Source: Promethearchaeota archaeon (GTDB lineage Archaea; Asgardarchaeota; Lokiarchaeia; Sigyniarchaeales; SOKP01). Taken from it: a stretch of 17,127 nucleotides of DNA. Every line of letters starts with the position of its first letter. Within the stretch, counting starts at the first letter, position 1. A program made the translations under genes and the position numbers. The notes beneath the pieces were generated by a model. It made no database searches. It saw only the letters and a list, made by a program, of their open reading frames with translations, and was not told where the DNA came from. Where the stretch lies: NCBI GenBank assembly GCA_016926735.1, contig JAFGOA010000120.1, forward strand, positions 1-17,127, written 5' to 3'. Below are positions 7,416-15,890 of the stretch, piece by piece.

Positions 7416-7729
7416 CAAAATAAATTATTATCCTTCAAGAGAGATTTCTTGAATCTTTTGTTCAACGACTTATACCCTTGTTATCATATAATTATTTAGA
7501 TTATTTAAAAATTTCCTTTATTCATCAAATTTATCATCCAATAGGCTATATTTACACTTAAATTTAAGTCTTTATCATATTATAAATATATATAAATCTG
7601 AAAACATCCAATACTGAAAAAAAATAGAGAAAGTATGATGAATTATTGGATTAATATATGTGATTCATTTTATTCTTGAAAATAAAGGTAATCCTCGCCT
7701 TAGGAATAAAAAATATAGCTTATTTTTTT

Positions 7730-8737
7730 TTATATAAGTTGTTCTAATTCCATTGGGATTTTATCATAATTATCTTTATATCGTTGCTTTACTTTCATCA
7801 AATCTAATGGATGTGTCTGTGCTCCTTCTGTTTCAATAGTAAAAGAAGCAATAATAGAACCAAGACAACAAGAATCATACATATTCATATTTAGAGATAA
7901 TCCGGTTAATAAACCCCCTCTAAAAGCATCTCCTGCTCCTGTTGTATCCTTTATAGTATTAATTTTACATGCTGGTATTGATATTTCCGAGAACTCATTG
8001 TTTTTATTTTTATGTAATAAATTACAGCCTAATTCTCCTAAGGTAGTAATTATTGCTGAATTATTCTCTAATATTTGTTCTTTTGTTAATTCTGTTTTTT
8101 CCAATATTTTTTGTATCTCAAATTTATTTCCTATTACTATTTCAGATCTATTAATTATATTTTTTAATGATTGTTGAGTAAATAAAGGAGTTACTTGCCC
8201 CGGATCAAAAATAAATGGTATTTTTAATTTATTTAGCTGTATCGCGAGATTCTCCATAGCTTTAACACTTTGAGCAGAATTTATAGCATAAAAATATTTA
8301 CTTGGATTTGGTATTCTTTTTATAAGGTCAATCTCGATAGATTTATTTAAAGCTCCACCATGAAAAATTATCATCTGATTATTTTTGATATCATTGACAA
8401 TATAACATGTGGCTGTAGAATCATCATTATATATATCTACATCTATTTTTATATTACTAAATTTTAATAGATGTGATTTATATCCTAAATCTTCAAAATC
8501 CTTCCCAACAGCGCCTATTAATAATGCGTTTGTAATATTTAATAATCCTATATTATAAGCTATATTTCCTGCTATACCTCCAAAACGTATTATTTTCTTG
8601 TTTGTTGTAATTGTGCTTTGATACTCTTCACTTTCATAATTAATCGATACAGCATTAATAAATTTTTCAGGGAATGAGAACAAATAATCATATGCTATAG
8701 AACCTAAAATTATAATGTTCTTTTTTTGTATTATCAT
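7730..8737 (-). CDS. PfkB/ribokinase-family kinase, nucleoside/adenosine kinase-like
   Basis: 'GSIAYD', 'FGGIAGNIAY', 'GAVGKDF', 'FDPGQ', 'GN.FE', 'ITTLGELG', 'DTTGAGDAFRGG'. Confidence 0.92.
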   Translation of the reverse strand: MIIQKKNIIILGSIAYDYLFSFPEKFINAVSINYESEEYQSTITTNKKIIRFGGIAGNIAYNIGLLNITNALLIGAVGKDFEDLGYKSHLLKFSNIKIDVDIYNDDSTATCYIVNDIKNNQMIIFHGGALNKSIEIDLIKRIPNPSKYFYAINSAQSVKAMENLAIQLNKLKIPFIFDPGQVTPLFTQQSLKNIINRSEIVIGNKFEIQKILEKTELTKEQILENNSAIITTLGELGCNLLHKNKNNEFSEISIPACKINTIKDTTGAGDAFRGGLLTGLSLNMNMYDSCCLGSIIASFTIETEGAQTHPLDLMKVKQRYKDNYDKIPMELEQLI

Positions 8738-8827
8738 TTTGTATTAGAAATAAGTCTTCTAATAATATTTTTATTATTTATAAAAAGTAATAAATATAAA
8801 TTTAAAAGATGTAAATTTGCTAAAATT

Positions 8828-9451
8828 GTGAAAGAATTAATGCAAAATATAAGAGAGTTAATGAGAACAAAAATAAGTTCTATTATAGATAAAAAGATTT
8901 ATGAATTTGAATCTTTTAAACATAAAAGTATAAAAAAGATATTTAAAGAATTATGTTTTTGTATCATGACGGCTAATTGCTCTGCTGATAAATGTATTCA
9001 AATCCATAATAAAATAGGAAATAATTTTCTAACTCTTTCTGAAAGTCAATTATCTCTCAAATTTCAAAATTTAGGATATAGATTTCCTAATATAAGAGCG
9101 AAATTTATTATAACAGCAAGAAATAAAATATTTGAACTCGAAGATGCTTTAAAAAAATATAATTCAAATGATCTAAGATCTTGGATATCACAAAATATTC
9201 TTGGTTTAGGTTATAAAGAAACAAGCCATTTTCTTAGAAATATTGGATATAAAGATTATGCTATAATCGATTTTCACATAATAGATATATTAATCTCAAA
9301 TAATATTATTGAAAAACCAACCTCTTTATCAAAAAAGAAATATATTGAAATAGAGAATATTTTAAAGGGGATGGCTAATAAATTGAAATTAACCCTTGCA
9401 GAATTAGATTTATATCTTTGGTTTATAGAAACTGGAAAGATTCTAAAATAA
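8828..9451 (+). CDS. ogg: 8-oxoguanine DNA glycosylase/AP lyase (Ogg2 type); start revised to GTG 8828 (alternative ATG 8840)
   Basis: 'FKELCFCIMTAN.SA', 'GYRFPN.RA.FI', HhH 'GLGYKETSHFLRNIG' (catalytic Lys), 'AIIDFHI' (catalytic Asp), 'Y..IE', 'ELDLYLW', C-terminal 'GKILK'. The ORF-track start at 8726 overlaps the divergent kinase gene. Confidence 0.92.
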   Translation: MKELMQNIRELMRTKISSIIDKKIYEFESFKHKSIKKIFKELCFCIMTANCSADKCIQIHNKIGNNFLTLSESQLSLKFQNLGYRFPNIRAKFIITARNKIFELEDALKKYNSNDLRSWISQNILGLGYKETSHFLRNIGYKDYAIIDFHIIDILISNNIIEKPTSLSKKKYIEIENILKGMANKLKLTLAELDLYLWFIETGKILK

Positions 9452-9466
9452 AAAGAAAAATTAAAA

Positions 9467-10438
9467 CTATAATTTAATAAATATTTCAGATTTAAACATT
9501 CCATATGCTATTATCCAAATTATAATACAATGAATTATAGCTATACTAAATGCTAGAGTTATGTTTAAATCAGTGGGAGAAAATTGATATATAAATGAAT
9601 TTATTATAAAATGAATAATAAATAAGATCAATGAATTTCTACCTAATATACTTAGAAAATTATCATTATTTATCTTATTTTCATTTAATTTATCAAAATA
9701 AAGATAGAATAAGTAGAAGAGTAAAGAGCTAATTCCTACACTTAGAAAAACAAACGGCAACGTAATTCTAAATCGACTTAGACCCCAAATAAAGGAAGTA
9801 ATCATTCCTATTATGAAAAATACTATTCCTAAAATCAGGAAATATTGTTCTTTTTTTTCTTTTAGAAAATTTTCACATATAATCGAAGAAAAAATAATTA
9901 TTGAAGCCCATGATAAAGCTCCTATGATACCTCCTTCTATCATATCAAATATAATATCTCCAATAAATGTACTAAGAAGATATTGATGAATTATAATAAA
10001 TATTGTTGCGATGGTAAGTTTTATTATTTGGGGAAGTTTGTAAACTAATAAAAGAAATAGACCAGATAATCCAAGTACTTGAAGTATACCCCATCTTATT
10101 AAGATTCTAAACTCATTTATCCCTAAAAATAAAAATAATCCAATTCCAATTATAATTAAATTACGAGTGATATAATGGAGATATAAGCGAGATTTTGAAT
10201 ATATTTTTTCTCGTTTATTAAATGAGATATTAAAATTTAAAGCCATCATAAATAAAAAAGCAGGAGCTATTAAATCTACATATGTTAAACCATAATCAGG
10301 AGCATGCTTTGTCCATGAGGGGATATTTTCAAATAATGGAATGGAATTTACAAAAACCATTAATAGAATTATGAATCCTTTAAATACATCGATACTAAGA
10401 ATCCTTTTTTTTTTTAAATAATCATTATTGTTTTCCAT
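9467..10438 (-). CDS. Multi-pass membrane acyltransferase, HGSNAT/NagX-like family
   Basis: 'RILSIDVFKG..ILLMVFVN', 'WTKHA..GLT.VDL..PAFLF', 'GILQVLG', 'LGRNSL..F'. Many hydrophobic segments. Confidence 0.85.
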   Translation of the reverse strand: MENNNDYLKKKRILSIDVFKGFIILLMVFVNSIPLFENIPSWTKHAPDYGLTYVDLIAPAFLFMMALNFNISFNKREKIYSKSRLYLHYITRNLIIIGIGLFLFLGINEFRILIRWGILQVLGLSGLFLLLVYKLPQIIKLTIATIFIIIHQYLLSTFIGDIIFDMIEGGIIGALSWASIIIFSSIICENFLKEKKEQYFLILGIVFFIIGMITSFIWGLSRFRITLPFVFLSVGISSLLFYLFYLYFDKLNENKINNDNFLSILGRNSLILFIIHFIINSFIYQFSPTDLNITLAFSIAIIHCIIIWIIAYGMFKSEIFIKL

Positions 10439-10852
10439 TTTAGTAATAATTTTAATGAATTTAATAATTAATCTCTTAAAAAATTAAAGAAAATATATAA
10501 TCGCGTTTCTTTAAATAATTTAAAAGAGTTTAAGAAGAAGATTCATTTTTTAATTACTAGTATGAGAATAATCTTTTTCTTCAAAGAAAAAATAATTCTC
10601 TTTTGAAAGATAATAATTCCATCTAAATTATTCTATAAAAAATAACTATATGTCATTTGATAATAATCTAAAAGATTTGTGTGTAAAATACTTAATTTTA
10701 TTTTTCTTTGAGGTAAAAAATACTATATTAATTATTATAATTTTATAATTTGTACGCAATAATATAACATACATTGTAAAAAAAAATTCTTATTTAAATG
10801 CGATCCAATTTTTTTTAAGTTATATCAAAAAGAATATATGAACTTATAAAAA

Positions 10853-11161
10853 ATGAATATTTTATCCAATCAATATAATTCAGATTTAGATTATTATTAT
10901 GATATTTTAGAACAATATCAACAAATTTCTAAAACAGAAAAAGATAAAGATATTTGGAAATACAGACTTTATATGCAATTAATGGAATTATTGATTGATA
11001 AAAATAACATTACTCTTGTAAGGAATTCTATACTATTAATTCTATCTTTATTTGAAAATTTACCTCCTGATCCTTACAATAACCAAGGTATTAACATTAA
11101 TTCTATTACTGAAGCTGAAAAAAAAATATTAATTTCAAATTTAAAGGAAGAAATAGCTTAA
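10853..11161 (+). CDS. Hypothetical helical protein (102 aa)
   Basis: ATG-started 102-codon ORF in very AT-rich DNA with protein-like composition. No motif recognised. Confidence 0.7.
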   Translation: MNILSNQYNSDLDYYYDILEQYQQISKTEKDKDIWKYRLYMQLMELLIDKNNITLVRNSILLILSLFENLPPDPYNNQGININSITEAEKKILISNLKEEIA

Positions 11162-11242
11162 TAATAATTTACCATTCAAATTTTTCTGATTATATCCTCA
11201 ATAAAAATAATTATAATATATCAATTATTATGGATAAAGCTT

Positions 11243-11261
11243 ATACTATAATTTATAGTAT
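11243..11261. promoter_or_regulatory. Perfect 9-bp-arm palindrome next to a TATA-like element upstream of the pyrophosphatase gene
   Basis: ATACTATAA-T-TTATAGTAT, followed by TTTTTATAAA at 11267..11276. Confidence 0.35.
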
Positions 11262-11406
11262 GAAGATTTTTATAAATTTCTTTCTATCTTATATTAGGTA
11301 ATTTAATAAGGAGCCATTTCAATATTTTTTTAAGTTTCCGAACATTTACTTGTTTTAATCTTTTTAAAATGTATTTATCTAATATTTTTAGAAAATTCGA
11401 AAGTTT

Positions 11407-13653
11407 ATGTTGCATATATTACCCGCTATAGAAAAATTTAAAGAAATTTTATCAAATTTTGCAGAACATCCTGTTTTTTTTATTTGTATATTTATTTTAA
11501 TTCCATTAGCTTTGATCTTTTCTTTAGTTAGTATCTTTCTAATTTATAGGAAAATAAACGCGTTAGAAAAGAAAACTGTAAGAATGAGAGAGATTAGTGC
11601 TGATATTAAACATGGAGCAAAAGTATATCTTAAAGATCAAGCAAAATCTTTATTAAAAATTTTAGTATTACTCTTTATTCCTGTTGGGATAACCGGATTT
11701 AATTTCTTAGATAATCCATTAATTGGAATTCTTTTAACTGGACTTATTTTTCTTCTGGGTTCTGTTAGTTCCTTAATTGCTGGATATATAGGGATGATTG
11801 CTGCAACTAAATCAAATATATTAGTGGTCGAAGCATCCATAGATGATCCTAATAAAGGATTTAAATTATCATATTATGGGGGAATGATCACTGGAATATT
11901 AAATATTTCTATGTTTGTTTTAGGTATTTGGCTTGTTTTAATCCTTACTAATGGAAATATATATCTAATGGTGGGATATGATTTTGGAGCTAGTGTTTCT
12001 GCTTTATTTGCTCAAGTAGGGGGTGGTATATATACTAAAAGTGCTGATATGGGTGCTGATTTAGTTGGTAAATATGAAATGGATATTAAAGAAGATGATC
12101 CAAGAAATCCCGCAATAATCGCAGATTTAGTAGGTGATAATGTAGGTGATTGTGCGGGGAGAGGAGCAGACTTATTTGAAAGTGCCGCTTCTGATGCTAT
12201 AGGGGGAATGGTTCTTGGATTAGCAATTTTTCTTTTAATAGGAGAACCTATATTCATTATTTCAAATTTAACACTAATCGCTTTAGGATTATTTTCATTA
12301 TTTTTCACTACCATTTTCTTAAAAATCGATTTTAAAAAACCAGCAAAAAGCATTTGGAGAGTTTTCTTAGCGTGTACTCTCTTTAATATCCTTATAATTA
12401 TTATAATAAATATCTTATTTTTTGGAATTTTAGGATTCTGGTTAATTTTTTCAAGTATCATTGGTCTGGTTTCAGTTTTTATTACAATAATTTTTACAAC
12501 ATATTATACAAGAAGTGAATACACGCCCACCAAGAAGGTAGCTGTTGCTTCTCAGATAAGTCCTTCTTCTAATATAATAGCAGGATTATCTACAGGGTTT
12601 AGTTCTGTATTTGGTCCTATGATTATATTTGCTTTATCTGTTGTTGGCTCTTATTTATTTGGATATTTTTGCGGTATCCATTATGTAGATATGCTTGGAG
12701 GTTACCCAACGAATAATATTTTAGGAGAACCAATAGATGGAGCCTTTTTACTGCCCCTTGTTTTTGGGATTTGGGGTGTTAATATGGCTTCTGTTTCTTC
12801 GGATATTATAATTAGCACTGTACTTAGTTTTGATACTTTTGGACCTATTGCAGATAATGCCGCGGGAATTGCCGAAATGGGTCATGAAGAAGCATCAGAG
12901 GGATTAAGAGACAATTTAGATAAATTAGATGCGATTGGTAATACAACTAAAGCAATAGCAAAAGGTTTCGCTCTAATATGTGGTGGATTTAGTAGTATTG
13001 TGCTCTTTTTTACATTTTTATTATCAGCTAATACTCTAGCTGAAGGGTCTTGGAATATATTCAATAATTTAAATCTTGAAAATCCTCTAATAATTATGGG
13101 TTTGAGTATTGGAACCGTTATCTCTATATTATTTACTGCCATGGTATTTAAAGCAGTTCAAAAAGGATCAATGAAAATGGTCCTTGAGGTCAGACATCAA
13201 TTCAAAAATATTCCTGGTTTGAAAGAAGGAGCGAATAAACCCGATTATGATGAATGTATTAATATTTGTGCTAAAAATGCCTTGAATTCTATGTTGAAAC
13301 CAGTATTATATATAATTGCTATTGAATTAATTTTAGGGATATTATTTGGTCCAATTGTAATTAGCGCATTTTTGATAGGAAATTTAATAGGATGTCTAAT
13401 AATGGGATTTTGGCAGAGTATAGGTGGTGCGAGTTTTGATAATGCAAAAAAATCTATAGAAGCAGGATTATTTGGTGGAAAAGGTAGTTTCGCTCATAAA
13501 TCTGCTATTATTGGTGATACTGTAGGAGATCCATTAAAAGATGCTGCTGGTCCAAGTATGAATATTCTTATTACAACAATAAATAATTTAGCTTTAACAT
13601 TTCTTCCTATATTTATATTAACAGGATATTTATGGAACATTATTCCTTTCTAA
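11407..13653 (+). CDS. hppA: Membrane-integral ion-translocating pyrophosphatase, predicted K+-independent (AVP2/type II-like signature)
   Basis: 'GGGIYTKSADMGADLVGK', 'EDDPRNPAIIADLVGDNVGDCAGRGADLFES', 'DTFGPIADNA', 'LDAIGNTTKA' (Lys indicates K+-independence), 'DNAKK', 'GDTVGDPLKD.AGPS'. Many transmembrane segments. Confidence 0.96.
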   Translation: MLHILPAIEKFKEILSNFAEHPVFFICIFILIPLALIFSLVSIFLIYRKINALEKKTVRMREISADIKHGAKVYLKDQAKSLLKILVLLFIPVGITGFNFLDNPLIGILLTGLIFLLGSVSSLIAGYIGMIAATKSNILVVEASIDDPNKGFKLSYYGGMITGILNISMFVLGIWLVLILTNGNIYLMVGYDFGASVSALFAQVGGGIYTKSADMGADLVGKYEMDIKEDDPRNPAIIADLVGDNVGDCAGRGADLFESAASDAIGGMVLGLAIFLLIGEPIFIISNLTLIALGLFSLFFTTIFLKIDFKKPAKSIWRVFLACTLFNILIIIIINILFFGILGFWLIFSSIIGLVSVFITIIFTTYYTRSEYTPTKKVAVASQISPSSNIIAGLSTGFSSVFGPMIIFALSVVGSYLFGYFCGIHYVDMLGGYPTNNILGEPIDGAFLLPLVFGIWGVNMASVSSDIIISTVLSFDTFGPIADNAAGIAEMGHEEASEGLRDNLDKLDAIGNTTKAIAKGFALICGGFSSIVLFFTFLLSANTLAEGSWNIFNNLNLENPLIIMGLSIGTVISILFTAMVFKAVQKGSMKMVLEVRHQFKNIPGLKEGANKPDYDECINICAKNALNSMLKPVLYIIAIELILGILFGPIVISAFLIGNLIGCLIMGFWQSIGGASFDNAKKSIEAGLFGGKGSFAHKSAIIGDTVGDPLKDAAGPSMNILITTINNLALTFLPIFILTGYLWNIIPF

Positions 13654-13868
13654 AATAATAAGATGTTTTTTAACTGAACTTTGTAAGATCTAAAGACTAT
13701 ATTTTCTTATAAATACATAGTTATTTTTAATATTTGTTAGCTTGTTTAAGTAAAAAGATATTTCATTATGATTAGAATACTTTCTTGTTCACAAGGGTCT
13801 CATATGATAAGAAATTAATATTATGGGAAATCAAATTTTATTGTCATTATATTAAATAATAAGATGTT
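13653..13868. repeat. Pair of 15-bp direct repeats flanking 186 bp of non-coding DNA
   Basis: AAATAATAAGATGTT at 13653..13667 and 13854..13868. Confidence 0.5.
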
Positions 13869-13879
13869 AAAAAAAAAGG

Positions 13880-13899
13880 ATGATTAATTGATTAATCAT
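13880..13899. promoter_or_regulatory. Perfect 9-bp-arm palindrome abutting a TATA-like element upstream of the YkgJ gene
   Basis: ATGATTAAT-TG-ATTAATCAT, followed immediately by TATATA. Confidence 0.4.
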
Positions 13900-13978
13900 T
13901 ATATATTGAGATTCAATTCATTACTTTCATATATGAAGATGTTTTCTTGAGTAATAGGGATAAAAAAAGTCAATATCT

Positions 13979-14578
13979 ATGTTAAATGATAAACAATTTA
14001 GATTTGAATGTGAAAATTGTGGTAGATGTTGTATTGATAAGGAAACAATTGTAAATATAACATTTTTTGATATAAAAAGAATATATAGTAAATTAAAATT
14101 AACAATAGATGAACTGATTCATATTCTTGGTTTCTATATATTCGATAAACCATTATCTCAAGATACTCTCTTAAAGATGGTTATAAGTCCAATAATTACT
14201 GAAAAAGGTTTTGCTTTTTTAGGATTAAGGAAATTAGAGAATAATTATTGTTTTTTTTTTGATAAAGAAGAAAAAAAATGTAGGATTTATGAGATAAGAC
14301 CAGACATATGCAGAATTTTTCCCTTTTCTTTTGAATATAAAGATAAAGATGTTATTAATATAATATATTCTAAAAAAGCTAAACAATATTGTATAGGAAT
14401 TAATAATGATGCTCCAACTATCAATAAAAATAAACTGAAAGCATTGGCTTTAGAATTTTCAAAAATTCTAAAAAAAAATGAAGAGATTATTTCAGATTGG
14501 AATAATATTCTCTCTAAAAAAAAAAGAAAGTTGTCTATTAGAGATTTTATAGAATATATTTTAAAATTAGAATTTTAA
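13979..14578 (+). CDS. YkgJ-family cysteine-cluster (putative Zn/Fe-chelating, CxxCxxCC) protein
   Basis: 'FRFECENCGRCC', 'CFFF......CRIYEIRPDICRIFPF' and a later 'C.GI'. Confidence 0.92.
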   Translation: MLNDKQFRFECENCGRCCIDKETIVNITFFDIKRIYSKLKLTIDELIHILGFYIFDKPLSQDTLLKMVISPIITEKGFAFLGLRKLENNYCFFFDKEEKKCRIYEIRPDICRIFPFSFEYKDKDVINIIYSKKAKQYCIGINNDAPTINKNKLKALALEFSKILKKNEEIISDWNNILSKKKRKLSIRDFIEYILKLEF

Positions 14579-15621
14579 GAGAAATTTTTTTGAATAAATG
14601 ATTGATATTGAACGGAGGTTATTAGAGTCCAATATAATATTTTTACTTCGACCTTAAAAGCAGTTATATCATTTTTCCATGAAAAATCTTCATCCTGTAT
14701 TTCAGACATAAAAAACTTCGTATTTGTTATCAATTTATTTAATAATAATTTAATTTGAGGAGCATATTTCTCTCTAAGTGTTAACATGTCTAAAATTAAT
14801 AATAATTGAGAGCATTCAGTTAGATTATAATTACTTACTTCTAATTCATTAAATATTTTATCTAATTTTTTAAGATATTGGTTATTAACATTTCTATAAT
14901 CAAAATGGGTATCTAATAATTTGGAAATAGAAATAAGTCTATAAAAGTTATAGATAAACTCATTATATTCTGTATTATTTATGCGAATTTCACTAAATCT
15001 TTTTAGTAAATCGATTCTGTCTATATTAATATTAAAATCAAATTTTTTCAACAGATTGATACAATTAAATAAATAATAATTATAAAGAAATTTATTTTCA
15101 TTAAAATGCTTTAATTCTTCATTCAAAAGATCATTTAGGATGTTTAAGTCAATTATATTCATATTCATCTTGATGGTTTCAGAAATTATAGCAAGTCCAT
15201 AAAAATTATTTATTATATCTGGAGTATCATTATATCTTGAATAAAAAAGTTTTTTATTTGATTGATTTTCTACAATTGAAAGAATTAAGCTAATATTTGC
15301 TGGTAAATCTCCATTTATCATTTTAAAAATAGATATATAATAAAATATTGTTTCAAGATTTACATTCTCCATATGATTGATTATTGAGACTAATAAATTT
15401 GATATATCAATATTGAATAAATGAATTAGATTATTGGTAAGAATAGGTGTGTTTCCGATATTATCAAAAAAAATCCGTGAAATATATTCATCTTTTAAGG
15501 CTATATTGGTATTATCAGATATAATTTGATCATTAGGATTTATTAAATCTTCACTATCTTTAATAGCTGTGTTAAGCTTTTTAATTACATCTTTTTCATG
15601 ATTATGTAAATTTTCATTCAG
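14575..15621 (-). CDS. Hypothetical helical protein, about 348 aa if started at CTG 15621 (ORF track gives 265 aa from ATG 15372)
   Basis: The frame stays open for 83 codons upstream of 15372 to a CTG at 15621 (LNENLHNHEKDVIKKLNTAIKDSEDLINPND...), bounded by a TAG at 15627..15625. No ATG/GTG/TTG occurs in the extension. A purine-rich GAGTGGGA lies just upstream. Confidence 0.7.
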   Translation of the reverse strand: MNENLHNHEKDVIKKLNTAIKDSEDLINPNDQIISDNTNIALKDEYISRIFFDNIGNTPILTNNLIHLFNIDISNLLVSIINHMENVNLETIFYYISIFKMINGDLPANISLILSIVENQSNKKLFYSRYNDTPDIINNFYGLAIISETIKMNMNIIDLNILNDLLNEELKHFNENKFLYNYYLFNCINLLKKFDFNINIDRIDLLKRFSEIRINNTEYNEFIYNFYRLISISKLLDTHFDYRNVNNQYLKKLDKIFNELEVSNYNLTECSQLLLILDMLTLREKYAPQIKLLLNKLITNTKFFMSEIQDEDFSWKNDITAFKVEVKILYWTLITSVQYQSFIQKNFS

Positions 15622-15890
15622 TTTCTATCCCACTCTGATTAATCCTTTGTTTTATATTTAAATTGTCTATAAATAAGATTATTTTGATCAATTAAAATAT
15701 TTGTATAATAAATCTTTTAGTCGATCTTGATTATTATTTAGTTTTTTAGATGATAATTCACTTAAAATAGATTGTACTTAGATTAGAGATATAAGGATTT
15801 ATGTCAGTAAATATAAAAATTTTGACAATAATAATAAAAAATAATCCATATTAAATAATTTATAAAGATTAATATTAATGATTTTATAAT

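Noticed and set aside
8726-8827. Hydrophobic N-terminal extension on Ogg (apparent membrane anchor)
   Set aside because: It overlaps the start of the divergent kinase gene and covers the promoter space. Ogg2 similarity begins near GTG 8828.
10561-10606. SECIS-like reading of the hairpin beginning with ATGA
   Set aside because: The GA pairs canonically with TC rather than forming a GA/GA quartet, and no TGA-containing selenoprotein gene was seen nearby.
10725-10752. ATTATAA/TTATAAT dyads and similar A/T-only palindromes
   Set aside because: Expected by chance at this base composition.
9274-13142. ORF-track minus-strand ORFs 9274..9504, 11637..11840, 12012..12461 and 12882..13142
   Set aside because: Antisense shadows of ogg and hppA.
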